Program-made: the position numbers and the translations under genes
Part shown: positions 11,166 through 21,960 of the stretch, one piece after another
Layout of the letters: every line of letters begins with the position of its first letter
Numbering within the stretch: the stretch's first letter is position 1
The notes under the pieces: generated by a model
Seen by the model: the letters and a program-made list of their open reading frames with translations, nothing else
Told to the model about the DNA's origin: nothing
Databases searched by the model: none
Assembly: GCA_977862235.1 (NCBI GenBank)
Contig: OZ374562.1
Coordinates: 434,001-498,000 of the forward strand
DNA from: Dudresnaya verticillata
Taxonomy: Eukaryota
DNA: 64,000 nucleotides
Reading direction: 5' to 3'

Positions 11166-12776
11166 ATGTCAGGGGAGAAGACCAAGCGCTCACCGTCGCC
11201 CTTTCAACCGACACGGCGTTCCCGCGCGGCTTCCACGACTAGGGCGCAGGGCGCGCTAACCGTTACGGATGCTTCGACTCAAGCACCGGCTTCTTCCTCG
11301 GCGGCAGCGACGCGACCCGCAACGGGCGGTCGTACGAGCGTTGCCGTGACGGAACCTTCATCGGCTCCATCAGCGGGCCGAGGTTGGTCTGTCTATGATC
11401 CGAATCGGTTTGCTGCGAGCGCAGCCACAAGGACCGCGCTACCAGGGAGTGTAGCGACCCACCGTGACGGAGAGGCGCCAACCAAGGACCGCGATGATGC
11501 ATTCCGTCGTGATGGCGAGGAGCTCAGCTTGGCAGACCTACCGGCCATTCCGTTACGGGCACCATCGACACCGGTATCGACGCCGAGTCGTAGGATGGTG
11601 GCGAGTCCACATCCTTCATCAAGTACACCGAGACGGATGCGTGGGCCCCCGCAAATCAATCATCCTGCACCGGGGCCTTGGTGGCCGGTGGTTCATACCC
11701 GTGACGGAGAGGGCCCTGCCCCGAGTGGTTATTGGCCGGGGCACCACTTTGATCATCGCGCGAGGCGCCCGGCTAGAACCGATGCGGAGAGGGCAAAGAT
11801 TAAGCCCCCGATGACGGCGGACTACTTCATCGAGAAGTATCCAACCGTCTTGGAAGCAAGAAGGTATAAGGCCGTCATGGCGCAACCCTTCAAGGCGAAT
11901 CAACGCATTGGCGTTGTTCCGAATCGGAGAGAATTTGTATGGCAAAGCCGATGGGTGCATGGCTATTGTCAAGCGCGGACCTCTACCGTTTCGGATTTGT
12001 TGTGGTATCGCTGCCATGGGGAGGTAGGATATACCGCAAAGGTGAGTCACCTGTTGGCCAAAGGTTTCCGTCTCCGGGGTGCGCCGGTCGGAGTGCAATT
12101 CATTTGCTTCGACCGCCCCTATGACCAGTCGGTATATTGGTTCAGCTATGCCGATGGGTGGAAGGACGATGCCGCGACGGAACACCGTTTGCGAACTCGT
12201 TCCCGTCACGGAATGCAAGTTGGCTCGCCAATCCTGCATACTTGGAACACTAAGGAGTTCTTCCATCTTCCGTATCGGGTGCGTCGTGAACTGTACCTTA
12301 CAGCTCCGTCATGGTGGGATCGTTATGAGGTGACCCGTTGGTTGTCTGTCCCCACACCTTCTGTCGTGGCATACTTCTCGGCGGACCTACTCACCGAACG
12401 GGAGTGGAATCACAAACATCCGAACGGAGAGCGCCCCCCGAATCAAGATCAGCTCGATGTATTGTGGCGCATCTTCCGATCGGAATGGGCAATGCTAGTG
12501 CTCTTCTCGTGGCTCCAGGTGGCCTATTACGGAGTACGGAATAATACCAAGTTAGCCGACTGGCGATGCTTCCCACGGGATGAGGATGACCTGCCCGGAG
12601 GAGACTGTGGCCGTATTTTTCAACTTCCCGTAACGCTGATCGCCCTCATTCGCCAAGTCGGCGTAGCCGATTTGGTGACGGGGTCGTCGTATCCTCTGCA
12701 TCGGGTTGAGCGTCTTTTATCCGTACACGGAGAGCAGGATTGGCAACGCACTCCGGGCTTCTTGGGGTATAGTTGG
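11166..12776 (+). pseudogene. Element B antisense accessory ORF, part 1 (537 codons)
   Basis: ATG 11166 (MSGEKTK); open until the element A insertion; rejoins 25930 in frame after removing A and one TSD copy. Confidence 0.8.
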
Positions 12777-13614
12777 TGTGGCATAGCTGTAAGACCAGCT
12801 GTGCCACGCACGCGCAGCTGTAAGACCAGCTGCGCCACGTGTGCACTGCTGTGCGCACGCTGTCAGCCGGTGGCGCCGAAGCCCCGCTGAACTGTAAGGG
12901 AGTGCGCAGTGGCGCCCACGTGTACACGCGTTCGCGTGTGACACTGAAACTCCCATGTAATTTCTACGTTTATTGTTTTGTGAGTGTACAGCACCCTCTA
13001 GTGTAAGCGGCGGTCGAACGCCCTGCTGTCCCGCGCGCTGTGCGCACGCACTCCGGCGCAGAGCCGTTGAGTGCGTGACACGCGCGCGCGCACTCCGGCG
13101 TCGAGCCGTTGAGTACGTGTGGACCGTTCCGCCTACGCGCGCCCCCGGGTTACCGTTACCCGTACGCGTCGACGCGTGTTGGGGCGCGCCGGCGCACCTC
13201 CCGGGTTGGTGCCGCCGCAGGCCCTGTAGTATATCTAGTAGTCGCCCCTCTGGGCTGCAGTAAACCAAGGCAAGCCAGCCTACGCCAGGCTTGCCCTTTC
13301 TGCTTTGGGTTTCTTTCCCAGTCCTTCGCCCTACGGCTTCCCTCTTTCCCTAGCCGTCTAGGCTTTCCTTTTCCTTTCCCTACCGTCGGCTTCGTGCCTC
13401 CCCACGACGGGGACGCAGGGATCCGGCCGCTGCCGCCCGCGTACGGTACGCCCCGTGCGCGCTCAGGCTTCGACGCCGTTGATCCGCGACCGTCGACGGC
13501 GCGCGCGGCCGACACCACCGCTCTACCACCACAGCTACCACCCTTCGACGGGTCTTGGCGCGACTGATCGACCAGCGCAGCTAGACGTCAGTTCGACCTG
13601 ACGTCTATGCCACA
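12777..13614 (+). repeat. 5' LTR of element A
   Basis: Direct repeat of 25087-25924. Confidence 0.97.
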
Positions 13615-13615
13615 C

Positions 13616-13631
13616 TGGTCTCCCGACCTAG
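13616..13631 (+). promoter_or_regulatory. Primer-binding site TGGTCTCCCGACCTAG (probably tRNA-Tyr)
   Basis: 1 nt after the LTR; the first 10 nt are complementary to a ...CGGGAGACCA tRNA 3' end as in yeast tRNA-Tyr. Confidence 0.75.
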
Positions 13632-13682
13632 AAGTCGCAGAAGACCCTATCACCTCTCGCGTCGACGCGATCGAGGCCAAGA

Positions 13683-16097
13683 ATGCCGCCGCTACCTACT
13701 TCGGCCGCTGCCGGTCCGGCAGACGCCGCGGCAGGTGAAGTTGGCGGTCGACGCACTTCCTTGCTGAGTAACGTCGGCGTCTCAGGAGCTCCCCTAGAGG
13801 AACCGCGCATCGAGCGCAGGGCGGCTATAGCCAAGGCCCTAGGAGGGACAGCGGTCTCTGCGACCGACCTCCAGCTACTCTACGAGGAGACGATGGACTC
13901 CTTTTCGGAAGTGTACGACACCTTCATGGCCTCAGTCGCAGACGCACGGGCACAAGGTCAACGTGACCTGGAGTCGCTTCGACGCGGAACTCTCGCCTCC
14001 GTCGAGGAAGGATTAACCCGAACTCAAGGGCTCCTCGACGAGCTACGCCAACGCGTTGAGTTGATTGAGCACGCACCGGCGCGGTATGACCGACGGGCGC
14101 CTAGCCCGTCGCCGGGGCGGAGCCGTCCTCCGCGATCGCCGTATCAAGCGGATCCGGTTCGCGAACTGGCCAAAGCCCTCCTCGCTGAGCGTCGTGCTCA
14201 GCGAAACCCTTTTTCTCCACCGGCCTCTCCGCCTAGGAGTGGGCAAGGGTCCCCTCGCCCTACAAGAGATGACGACCCTTCTACGGGGTCGACCCCAAGC
14301 TACTACGACGCGCCCTCGACGGGCGCGGAGTTGGAGGGGCGTCTAGCCCCTCACCACACGAAGGTCCCGTGTCGGCCTACTGGCACTGGGGGCCATTGAT
14401 GCCGGGCGTCGAGCCGCCGAGCACCTTGGTCCCCGAATTCGCGAAGGCGATCGACTACCGCTCCTATCGTCTAGACGACATAAGGCAGCGGGACAATCAG
14501 CAGCAAGTCTGCAATGGCAACACCGCCAAGATTGTCAGCCGGATGAAGGCTCTCATGCCGCGGCTAGATCGCTACGACGGCAAGGAGCCCATCCGCTTTC
14601 TTGGCGTGCTTAGACAGCTACGCCAAGCCTTCAACGGCGTCGGCCTGTCGGAAGGCGCAGCGGCGCGAGTGGTGTCCTGGTTCCTAGACGGAACGGCATC
14701 CCAGGTGTATTCGAGTCACCTTTTCTCGGGGGTCCGGACGACTAGTCGCGGCACCCCCCCGTGCTGGGCCTCGGTGGTCAATACCCTCGTCGAGAGGTTC
14801 GTCACCGACGACGTGATCGCCGACGCGCACGACCGACTGACCACCGCCCGGCAGTGGGACGCCGAGTCAGAACTCGAGTTCGCCTCTCGTCTAGAGGGCT
14901 ACGCCGATGACTGTGCCGGCGTCTACTCCGACGAGAACCTGACGCACCAGTTCTTGCGTGGTCTGCTTCCGACCACCCGACCCGCAGTAGCGGAGAAGGT
15001 AAGGCAGATGCCGATGGTCGAGCAGACCAACTTCAGTACCGTTCGTCGGATCGCCCACAGTCACAACCTACCGCGCCCGCATGGCCAAGGCGTCGACGCC
15101 GGCCATCGTTTCGGGGCGCGGTAGGGGAAGCAGTTCGCCAAGCGGCCGCACGCTGCTTATCGAGGCGCCACACACACCCGATAGGGAAGCGGCCTTCGAC
15201 GGCACGATGTTGGTGGCGCCCGATGACGATGGTTTCGAACCCGTCATGGTCGTGCCCGCGCTGTCGACAGCCGGGGCGGCGCAAGCCGAGGAGACCCTCG
15301 ACATCTCAGGACGCATCGACGCTGTCCTGCCGAGGAGGATCCCTCCGCTCACACCGGCGCAAGAGGCCATGGCCCGCGCTGTCACCCCTGATCGACAGGG
15401 GTGGTACATCTGCTGGTTCTGCCGAGAACTTGGGCACATCATGTACTCGTGCCCATTCCTGACTAAGGAACAGCAGTTGTACTGCGCGTATGCGAACTGC
15501 AGCCATAGACTGGAGACGCAGCCGCACGCGCGCAACAACTTGCAGCAGCTCATCGACGAGCGCATGCCGGCAGGCGCCAAGGCAAGTTACCCCGCAAGAC
15601 GCTTCGACGCGCAGCGGGGTGGGGCCCGACGCTTCGACGATAGGGGTCCCCCGCAGCGCTTCGACGCGCAAAGGTATCGCGGGGAGCCGCGACAGTACCG
15701 CGGGGATCGTCGAGATCCGCGCCGCGAATACCGAAGGGCAGACGTCCCGCGGTTCCTCACTCGCGACAAGCGGGTCGGGTTTGACGACCAAGCCGGTCGC
15801 CAACCTCGGGCGTCGACACCCTCGAGGCCCGACCCGCAGCGCGAACTGCTTCGGGCAGTGATGACCGTGCAGGAGCACACCGGTCTAGCAGCCGACGAGT
15901 GGCTCCCGCGAGCGCTCGACGCGCAGAGCAAGGGCGAGTCCGCCAGGGGGCAGGTCGAGCAGCCCCCGCTCCTTTTTGACACGCCGCCGCGATCGACGCG
16001 AGGCGCCGGCCCGGCCCCTAGCCAGCCAATGGGATCCGAGGAAGATAGCTCGGATTCCGAAAATAATTTTGACCGGGTCGAACCGGAAAAAGAGTAA
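13683..16097 (+). pseudogene. gag: gag of element A, split by two frameshifts (13683-14399, 14369-15124, 15081-16097)
   Basis: DYRSYRL...YDGKEPI capsid-like region shared with B gag; CCHC knuckle CWFCRELGHIMYSC. Confidence 0.85.
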
Positions 16098-16111
16098 AGG
16101 CGGCGCCGTTC

Positions 16112-19100
16112 GTGCGGTCGCGCGCACCGTCTCTCTCTACCCCAGACCCACCATCCTCCGCCAAGCCGTCGGCGGTAGGCAGGACTTCGAGTCCCAACCA
16201 ACGAAAGACCCCCTCGCCAAGCAGCGCTGAGGGGCCGCTTTGCGACGAGCCGTCGAAAGCCACGCGCTCCAGGCCACCTTGGCCCCCGCGGCGTCGACGC
16301 AAGGGACAGGCACGACGCCGAGCGCATAGGGGTCCGTCGACGGATCCCGAGGCACCCTTCGCTCCACGCGAAGGTGCCATGGCTCTCTGCGTCGACGCGG
16401 AGCCGGCCACTACCCCCGACGGGTATGTGTGCCTCTTCTCCTCGGAGATATACCGCGTGTCTGGGTCGCTAGGCGCTGACCCAGGGGTAATGATACCCCA
16501 CACCATTGCGGTGGACACCGGCTCCGGGTACAACCTCATCGCGAAGCGGGCGCTGCCGCCCGGATGGGATCAGCACGCGGCGGCGATGGAGTCGACTCCT
16601 CGCCTCGCCGGGGCTGATAAGACCCCACTGAGCCTATCAGGGGTGGCGCACCTCTCGATGAGGTTGGGGAACACGACGTTCCGCGTGCCATTCATAGTGG
16701 CAGACACCTTGGCCGTCGAAGCCCTGGTGGGAACGCAGTTCCTCAATGCGCACGTGCGAGGCATCGACGTCGAGTCGAAACGCCTATCGCTCCGACGTGG
16801 GGGCTCGGTGCCCCTCCTCAAGCGCAGTAGGCCTGCCGAGGACCGCAAGCCGTCATCGAAGCCGAAGAACCCGTCGACGGGTTTGTCGAGGAAGCACCAG
16901 AGGGAGCTCCTCGACTGGGATCACGACACCCACACCATCCGCCTCTCTAGGCAGATGGTGCTCCCAGCCTATTCCCAAAGGCTCGTCTCCGTGACTTCAG
17001 GAGCCAGTGGGCTGATCCACACCGAACCCAAACCCTCGTTGCAGTTCCGCCACGGCGTGAGACTTACCAACGGGGTGCACGACGTCGAGTGGATGCGACC
17101 TTTCGGGGTCATCGTCGGGAACTTCACCGACAAGCCTCGGACCCTGCCTAAGGGTACCGTTGTCGGCTACGCGGTTAGGAACCCGGTGGCACTGATAACT
17201 CCAGACCGCAAAGTCGCGGAGGAGTTTGGGCGGGTGATGAACATCACCACCCTACCACCACGGGGGCAGAGGCCCCCGGTCAATCAGGGTGCCGTGGAAC
17301 CATCCACCTCGCCGTCGACGGCGAAGAGCACCGACGCCCAGCCGCTGCAGGGCGCAGCTACCGCCGCAGCGAAGGCCAACCCGTCCGTCGAGGACTGGGA
17401 GGCGCAGGTCAACCTCTCGTCTATCGAAGACGAGGTGACCCGCACGGAGGTCCTCTCCATGCTCAGGAAGCATCAGTCCATGTGGGACGGGAGGCTGGGC
17501 ACTATTGCCGCCACCCGACACCACATCGACGTGGAACGGGGCACTCGCCCCATCCGCTCCATGCCCTACCGACAGGGCCCTGCCATGCGCAAGCTGGTGC
17601 AGGACGAGGTGGATAACATGCTTCGTGCAGGGGTTATCGAACCCGCCACCTCGGAATGGGCATCGCCAGTCGTCCTGGCGCCCAAGAAGGACGGCACACT
17701 TAGGTTTTGCGTGGACTATCGACGTCTCAACACGAAAACACTAAGTGATGCGTACCCTCTACCGAGGATGGACGACTGCATCGACAGTCTAGGCGACGCA
17801 GCCGTCTTCTCGACGTTGGACTGCAACGCGGAGTACTGGCAAATCCCTGTCGCAGAGGCTGACAGGGATAAGACCACGTTCACTTCGTTCTTAGGGACGT
17901 TTCGCTACTTGCGAATGCCCTTCGGGCTGAAGAACGCCCCCGCGACTTTCCAGCGCGCACTAGACATCATCCTCAGCGGATTCCGATGGCAGTGCTGCCT
18001 GATCTATCTAGACGATGTGATCATTTTCTCGCGGTCGATCGCGGAGCACGTTGGTCATTTAGACCAAGTGCTGACTCTGTTGCACAAGGGAGGAGTATCC
18101 CTGAAACTGAAGAAGTGCCACTTCTTTCAGTCACGCGTTGGCTATCTCGGCCACGTCATCGAACCGGGGAAGCTACGCATGGCGCAGACGAGCAGCGACG
18201 CTTTCCGCCATGCGCAGTTCCCGACCTCCCTGACTAAGGTGAGGTCGTTCCTCGGCGCGTGCAATGTCTATCGCCGCTTCCTGCGCAACTTCGCGAAGAT
18301 CGCGCGTCCTCTGACGAACATGACCCGCAAAGACGCGGATGTGGATTTCGACAATCCAAGCGCCGACGCGCTCGAGGCATATGAGACGCTCCGAGCGAAG
18401 CTCATATCGCCCCCTATCCTACGGCTCCCCAAGACGGGTAGACCCTACGTCCTCGATACGGACGCATCGGCTTATCAGCTCGGATGCGCCCTACTGCAGG
18501 AGCAGGAGGACGGCCAGCTACACCCAGTCGGGTACTGGTCCTACTCGCTCAACTCGGCGGAACGGAATTACTCCGCCACTGAGCGTGAGTGCTTCGCAGT
18601 GGTGTGGTCGATCACAACCCTGCGGCCATACATCGAAGGCACGCGATTCACGGTTCGAACCGATCACGATGCGCTTCGATGGCTGATGTCGCTGACCGAC
18701 TCTTCGGGTCGACTGACCCGGTGGCGCCTGCGGCTCGCGGAATTCGACTTCCAGATCGAGTACCGCCCCGGGCGGGTACACCAAGTCCCGGATGCCCTGT
18801 CCCGCTTGGTTCGACCCCAGCGGAAACAGGAGGAGGTTGACGACGACGTCCCTACCTTTGACCCCCCGGCGGTCGACCGCCCGCAAGGGGAGTCCTCGGC
18901 TGAGACGCCGGTGGCACGTCCGGGTACAGAACCCGCGGCTCCCGTCTTGGTAACCACACGCTCGCGGTCCAACGCATCTACGCGTTCGGCCCCAGCGCAG
19001 CCCGTTCCGAAGCCAGTCCGTGTAAGCATCACCGGCACCGCGCCCAAGACGGGCGCGGCAGATGAACCCCCGGACTTGGCCGACGAAGCGGCGTGGGACG

Positions 19101-20821
19101 ACACCGACGACGTCGACCTCTTCGATCTCCTCCGCGTCGACGCGGGCGACGAGCCATCGGACTTGACGTCCGTGGAGCCAGTGAAGCTCCCTTCACCTAT
19201 TTCCGTCGAGGAATTTGTGGACGCGCAGCGGCACGACTCCTTCTGCCAGACCGTACTGGCCAGGCAGTCCCGTCGACGGGATAGCCATTTTTACGAGGAC
19301 GGGGATGGGCTTCTATGCCGCCATCATCCGGTCATAGCTTCGCTAGACCAGATAGTGGTGCCCGAGTCGTTACAGCCTCGGCTGCTCACGCTCGCGCACC
19401 ACTCCCTCCTCGCGGGCCACCCAGGGCAGAACAAGATGTTCTATTCCCTGCGTGAGACCTACTACTGGCCGCATATGGCGGCCAGCATCGCCATGACAGT
19501 AAGAAACTGCAGGCACTGTGCCCGTAACCGCATTCGACTGCGCAGACACCTTCATAGACTGAAGCTGTTCCCGGCCACCAGGCCGCTGGAATCCGTTGCT
19601 ATCGACATACTGGGCCCCTTGCCCAAGACCAAGTCTGGTCGCAAATTCCTCGTCATCATGACGGACCGCTTTACCAAGCTAACGCAAGTCGCGCCTCTGC
19701 GCACCATTACGGCTTACAACGTCGCAGTTGTCTTCTGTGAACAGTGGGTCTTCCACTACGGGCCGCCTAGGTCCTTGCTTTCCGATAACGGAAAGCAGTT
19801 CACATCGAAGTTCTTCCAAGCCGTCTGCCGGTATTTGGGTTTGAACAACGTGTTCACCTCCGCGTATCACCCCCAGTCGACTGGGCAGGCTGAACGCTAC
19901 AACCGGACCGTCATGGCCATGTTGAGGAACTACGTCAACGATCACCAAAACGATTGGGATCGCTACGCCTCTGCGTTGACGTATTCCTACAACTGTCACG
20001 TGCACCGCTCGACGCGGACGACTCCATTCAGCTTAGTGCTGTCACGGCCTCCGCCGGAATTTACTAAGTTTCACTCGGCGGTCGACCGCCCGAAACCTAG
20101 TGAGGATGTCCGAACGGACTTCCTCAAGCGGTTAGACACCGCTATGGGCCTGGCTTCTGCCGCCCTGGCCAAAACGCAGAGGCGTTACAAAAAGGACTTT
20201 GACCGACGGGTCCGGAAGGTCAACTCCCGCATCAAGGCCGGAGACTACGTCTTCATCGACGCAACTGACGGGGTGACGAAACCACCGAAGTTGCAGAGCC
20301 CGGCCATCGGGCCTTATCGCGTGCTGCTCAACGACGAGCGCACGTTGTTTATCGACAGAGACGGCCTGGTCGAACGCATCGCAGCGGACCGAGCCGTCTT
20401 CTGTCCCCCGCCTCTGCGGGAAGACACCGCGCGTCGAAGCGCGTACTTGCCCACAGCTAACGATCTCGCGTCCAAGGCCGTCGACGGCCCGCGGTTCGTG
20501 GTGGACAAGGTACTTGACTATGGCACGGCCGAAGACGGCACGATGCTCTTTCAGGTCAAGTGGACCGGCTACTCTAAGCCCACTTGGGAACCTCGATCCC
20601 ATTTGCCGGAGGAGATGATGAGCCAATACTTCCGCGCGAAGAAGCGTCGGAAGGACTCTGGGCTCGACGCCCCATCCCCTCCACTCGCCCCCTCGGCGGG
20701 GCGCCTCGTGCTTAAGGAGGGGGCCCCAGGCATTCTTTGCCTCAGGCATTCCTTGCCTGTTATTACCCTCATCCAGGCATCCTTTGCCTTTTTCCCAGCG
20801 ACGGGAACACGTGGGGCCTAA
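16112..20821 (+). CDS. pol: pol of element A: PR-RT-RNaseH-IN-chromodomain (in -1 frame relative to the gag end)
   Basis: VDTGSG protease; RFCVDYR, MPFGLKNAP, YLDD; DTDAS RNaseH; HHCC plus DDE integrase; GPY; VDKVLD..VKWTGY..TWEP chromodomain. Confidence 0.97.
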   Translation: MRSRAPSLSTPDPPSSAKPSAVGRTSSPNQRKTPSPSSAEGPLCDEPSKATRSRPPWPPRRRRKGQARRRAHRGPSTDPEAPFAPREGAMALCVDAEPATTPDGYVCLFSSEIYRVSGSLGADPGVMIPHTIAVDTGSGYNLIAKRALPPGWDQHAAAMESTPRLAGADKTPLSLSGVAHLSMRLGNTTFRVPFIVADTLAVEALVGTQFLNAHVRGIDVESKRLSLRRGGSVPLLKRSRPAEDRKPSSKPKNPSTGLSRKHQRELLDWDHDTHTIRLSRQMVLPAYSQRLVSVTSGASGLIHTEPKPSLQFRHGVRLTNGVHDVEWMRPFGVIVGNFTDKPRTLPKGTVVGYAVRNPVALITPDRKVAEEFGRVMNITTLPPRGQRPPVNQGAVEPSTSPSTAKSTDAQPLQGAATAAAKANPSVEDWEAQVNLSSIEDEVTRTEVLSMLRKHQSMWDGRLGTIAATRHHIDVERGTRPIRSMPYRQGPAMRKLVQDEVDNMLRAGVIEPATSEWASPVVLAPKKDGTLRFCVDYRRLNTKTLSDAYPLPRMDDCIDSLGDAAVFSTLDCNAEYWQIPVAEADRDKTTFTSFLGTFRYLRMPFGLKNAPATFQRALDIILSGFRWQCCLIYLDDVIIFSRSIAEHVGHLDQVLTLLHKGGVSLKLKKCHFFQSRVGYLGHVIEPGKLRMAQTSSDAFRHAQFPTSLTKVRSFLGACNVYRRFLRNFAKIARPLTNMTRKDADVDFDNPSADALEAYETLRAKLISPPILRLPKTGRPYVLDTDASAYQLGCALLQEQEDGQLHPVGYWSYSLNSAERNYSATERECFAVVWSITTLRPYIEGTRFTVRTDHDALRWLMSLTDSSGRLTRWRLRLAEFDFQIEYRPGRVHQVPDALSRLVRPQRKQEEVDDDVPTFDPPAVDRPQGESSAETPVARPGTEPAAPVLVTTRSRSNASTRSAPAQPVPKPVRVSITGTAPKTGAADEPPDLADEAAWDDTDDVDLFDLLRVDAGDEPSDLTSVEPVKLPSPISVEEFVDAQRHDSFCQTVLARQSRRRDSHFYEDGDGLLCRHHPVIASLDQIVVPESLQPRLLTLAHHSLLAGHPGQNKMFYSLRETYYWPHMAASIAMTVRNCRHCARNRIRLRRHLHRLKLFPATRPLESVAIDILGPLPKTKSGRKFLVIMTDRFTKLTQVAPLRTITAYNVAVVFCEQWVFHYGPPRSLLSDNGKQFTSKFFQAVCRYLGLNNVFTSAYHPQSTGQAERYNRTVMAMLRNYVNDHQNDWDRYASALTYSYNCHVHRSTRTTPFSLVLSRPPPEFTKFHSAVDRPKPSEDVRTDFLKRLDTAMGLASAALAKTQRRYKKDFDRRVRKVNSRIKAGDYVFIDATDGVTKPPKLQSPAIGPYRVLLNDERTLFIDRDGLVERIAADRAVFCPPPLREDTARRSAYLPTANDLASKAVDGPRFVVDKVLDYGTAEDGTMLFQVKWTGYSKPTWEPRSHLPEEMMSQYFRAKKRRKDSGLDAPSPPLAPSAGRLVLKEGAPGILCLRHSLPVITLIQASFAFFPATGTRGA

Positions 20822-21960
20822 GCCCCACGGTAAGGGCATGAATTGCGGCTGCCTAAGCCGGCGGCCCAAGCCGAAAGCACCCTGCGCCAATGGCAGAGGC
20901 CAAGGAGCAGGCGTGCTCTGCGAACTGCGCATCGCAGGGACGCTGGGCACGACGCCCCTCGCTACTACCGGCTCGACGCCCGGCAGTAGCGACGTCCCGC
21001 TACGCGGAAGACAACCCGCACCGTCGGGGGTTGTCTGACCAACGCCGACGCGAAGCCGCGCACAGATGGCGGAGGGAAGGCGTCGACGCCCCCTTCACCA
21101 ACGCCGCGCCGCGGTCGCGCGTAATATTCGGCCAACAACCACCGCCCTGGCTCCTAGCCGGGCGGGGTGCCAACGCACACAGATCCCACGTCGAGGTGGG
21201 GCGCCAGAGCCAAGAAGGCCGGCGTCCTTCGAGTTGCACCGCTGCGCTTCGACGAGCGAGCGGCACAACCACCGCGACGGTGGGAAGGCCGGGGGCACCG
21301 CGGCAGACGACCGGCCCCTGCCAAATACAGGCGCGCGCTTACCCATATTTGGGACGCGTGCGCCCCACAAGCGCAGAGGCGCAGATTTGTGTTCAGGCTA
21401 CAGTGTCTACTATAGCCAAAACACAAATAATTGGGAACGCCCAATGGGGTTCGACACCCCCGGGCCTCTGCCCACTCATCCAGGGGCATCGACGCCCCTG
21501 GCCTGGGTTGGCTGCACAAGCCGCCGCCACGCTCGTGGCTACTCCCGGCGGAGGGGACCCCGTCGACGCGGTCACCTCCGGCGCAAAGCCGCGACGCCAC
21601 TAGGGGCACCCGCTCCGCGCTGACGCTCCGCGTCGACGCGGTGTTGCGCGCGCTGGCAGCCCCCTGTGTGGCGTCGACGCCAGCACTGCGGACCGCCACC
21701 CGCTTCGACGTGGGTCAGGCACAATAGCACCCATGAGGAGGTGGGGCGTCGAAGCCCCACCACCTGCTACAGCGAGCATAGCTCGCACGCAGCCGCGCGG
21801 TCGAAGGCGCAGCTGTTGAAAACGCGTCGACGCGGACCGAAGTCTTCGCCCACCCCTTGCCCTTTTATGAACCAGACACGCAGCGGCGGTCTAAAAACTA
21901 GCGAGGCGATCGACCGCCTCGAACTAGGATGCTTCTACAGCATAAGCCACTACGGCATAA

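Noticed and set aside
10905..12890. 661-aa ORF as a stand-alone host gene
   Set aside because: The 5' part is LTR/PPT and the last ~37 codons are element A LTR; it is part of B's antisense ORF
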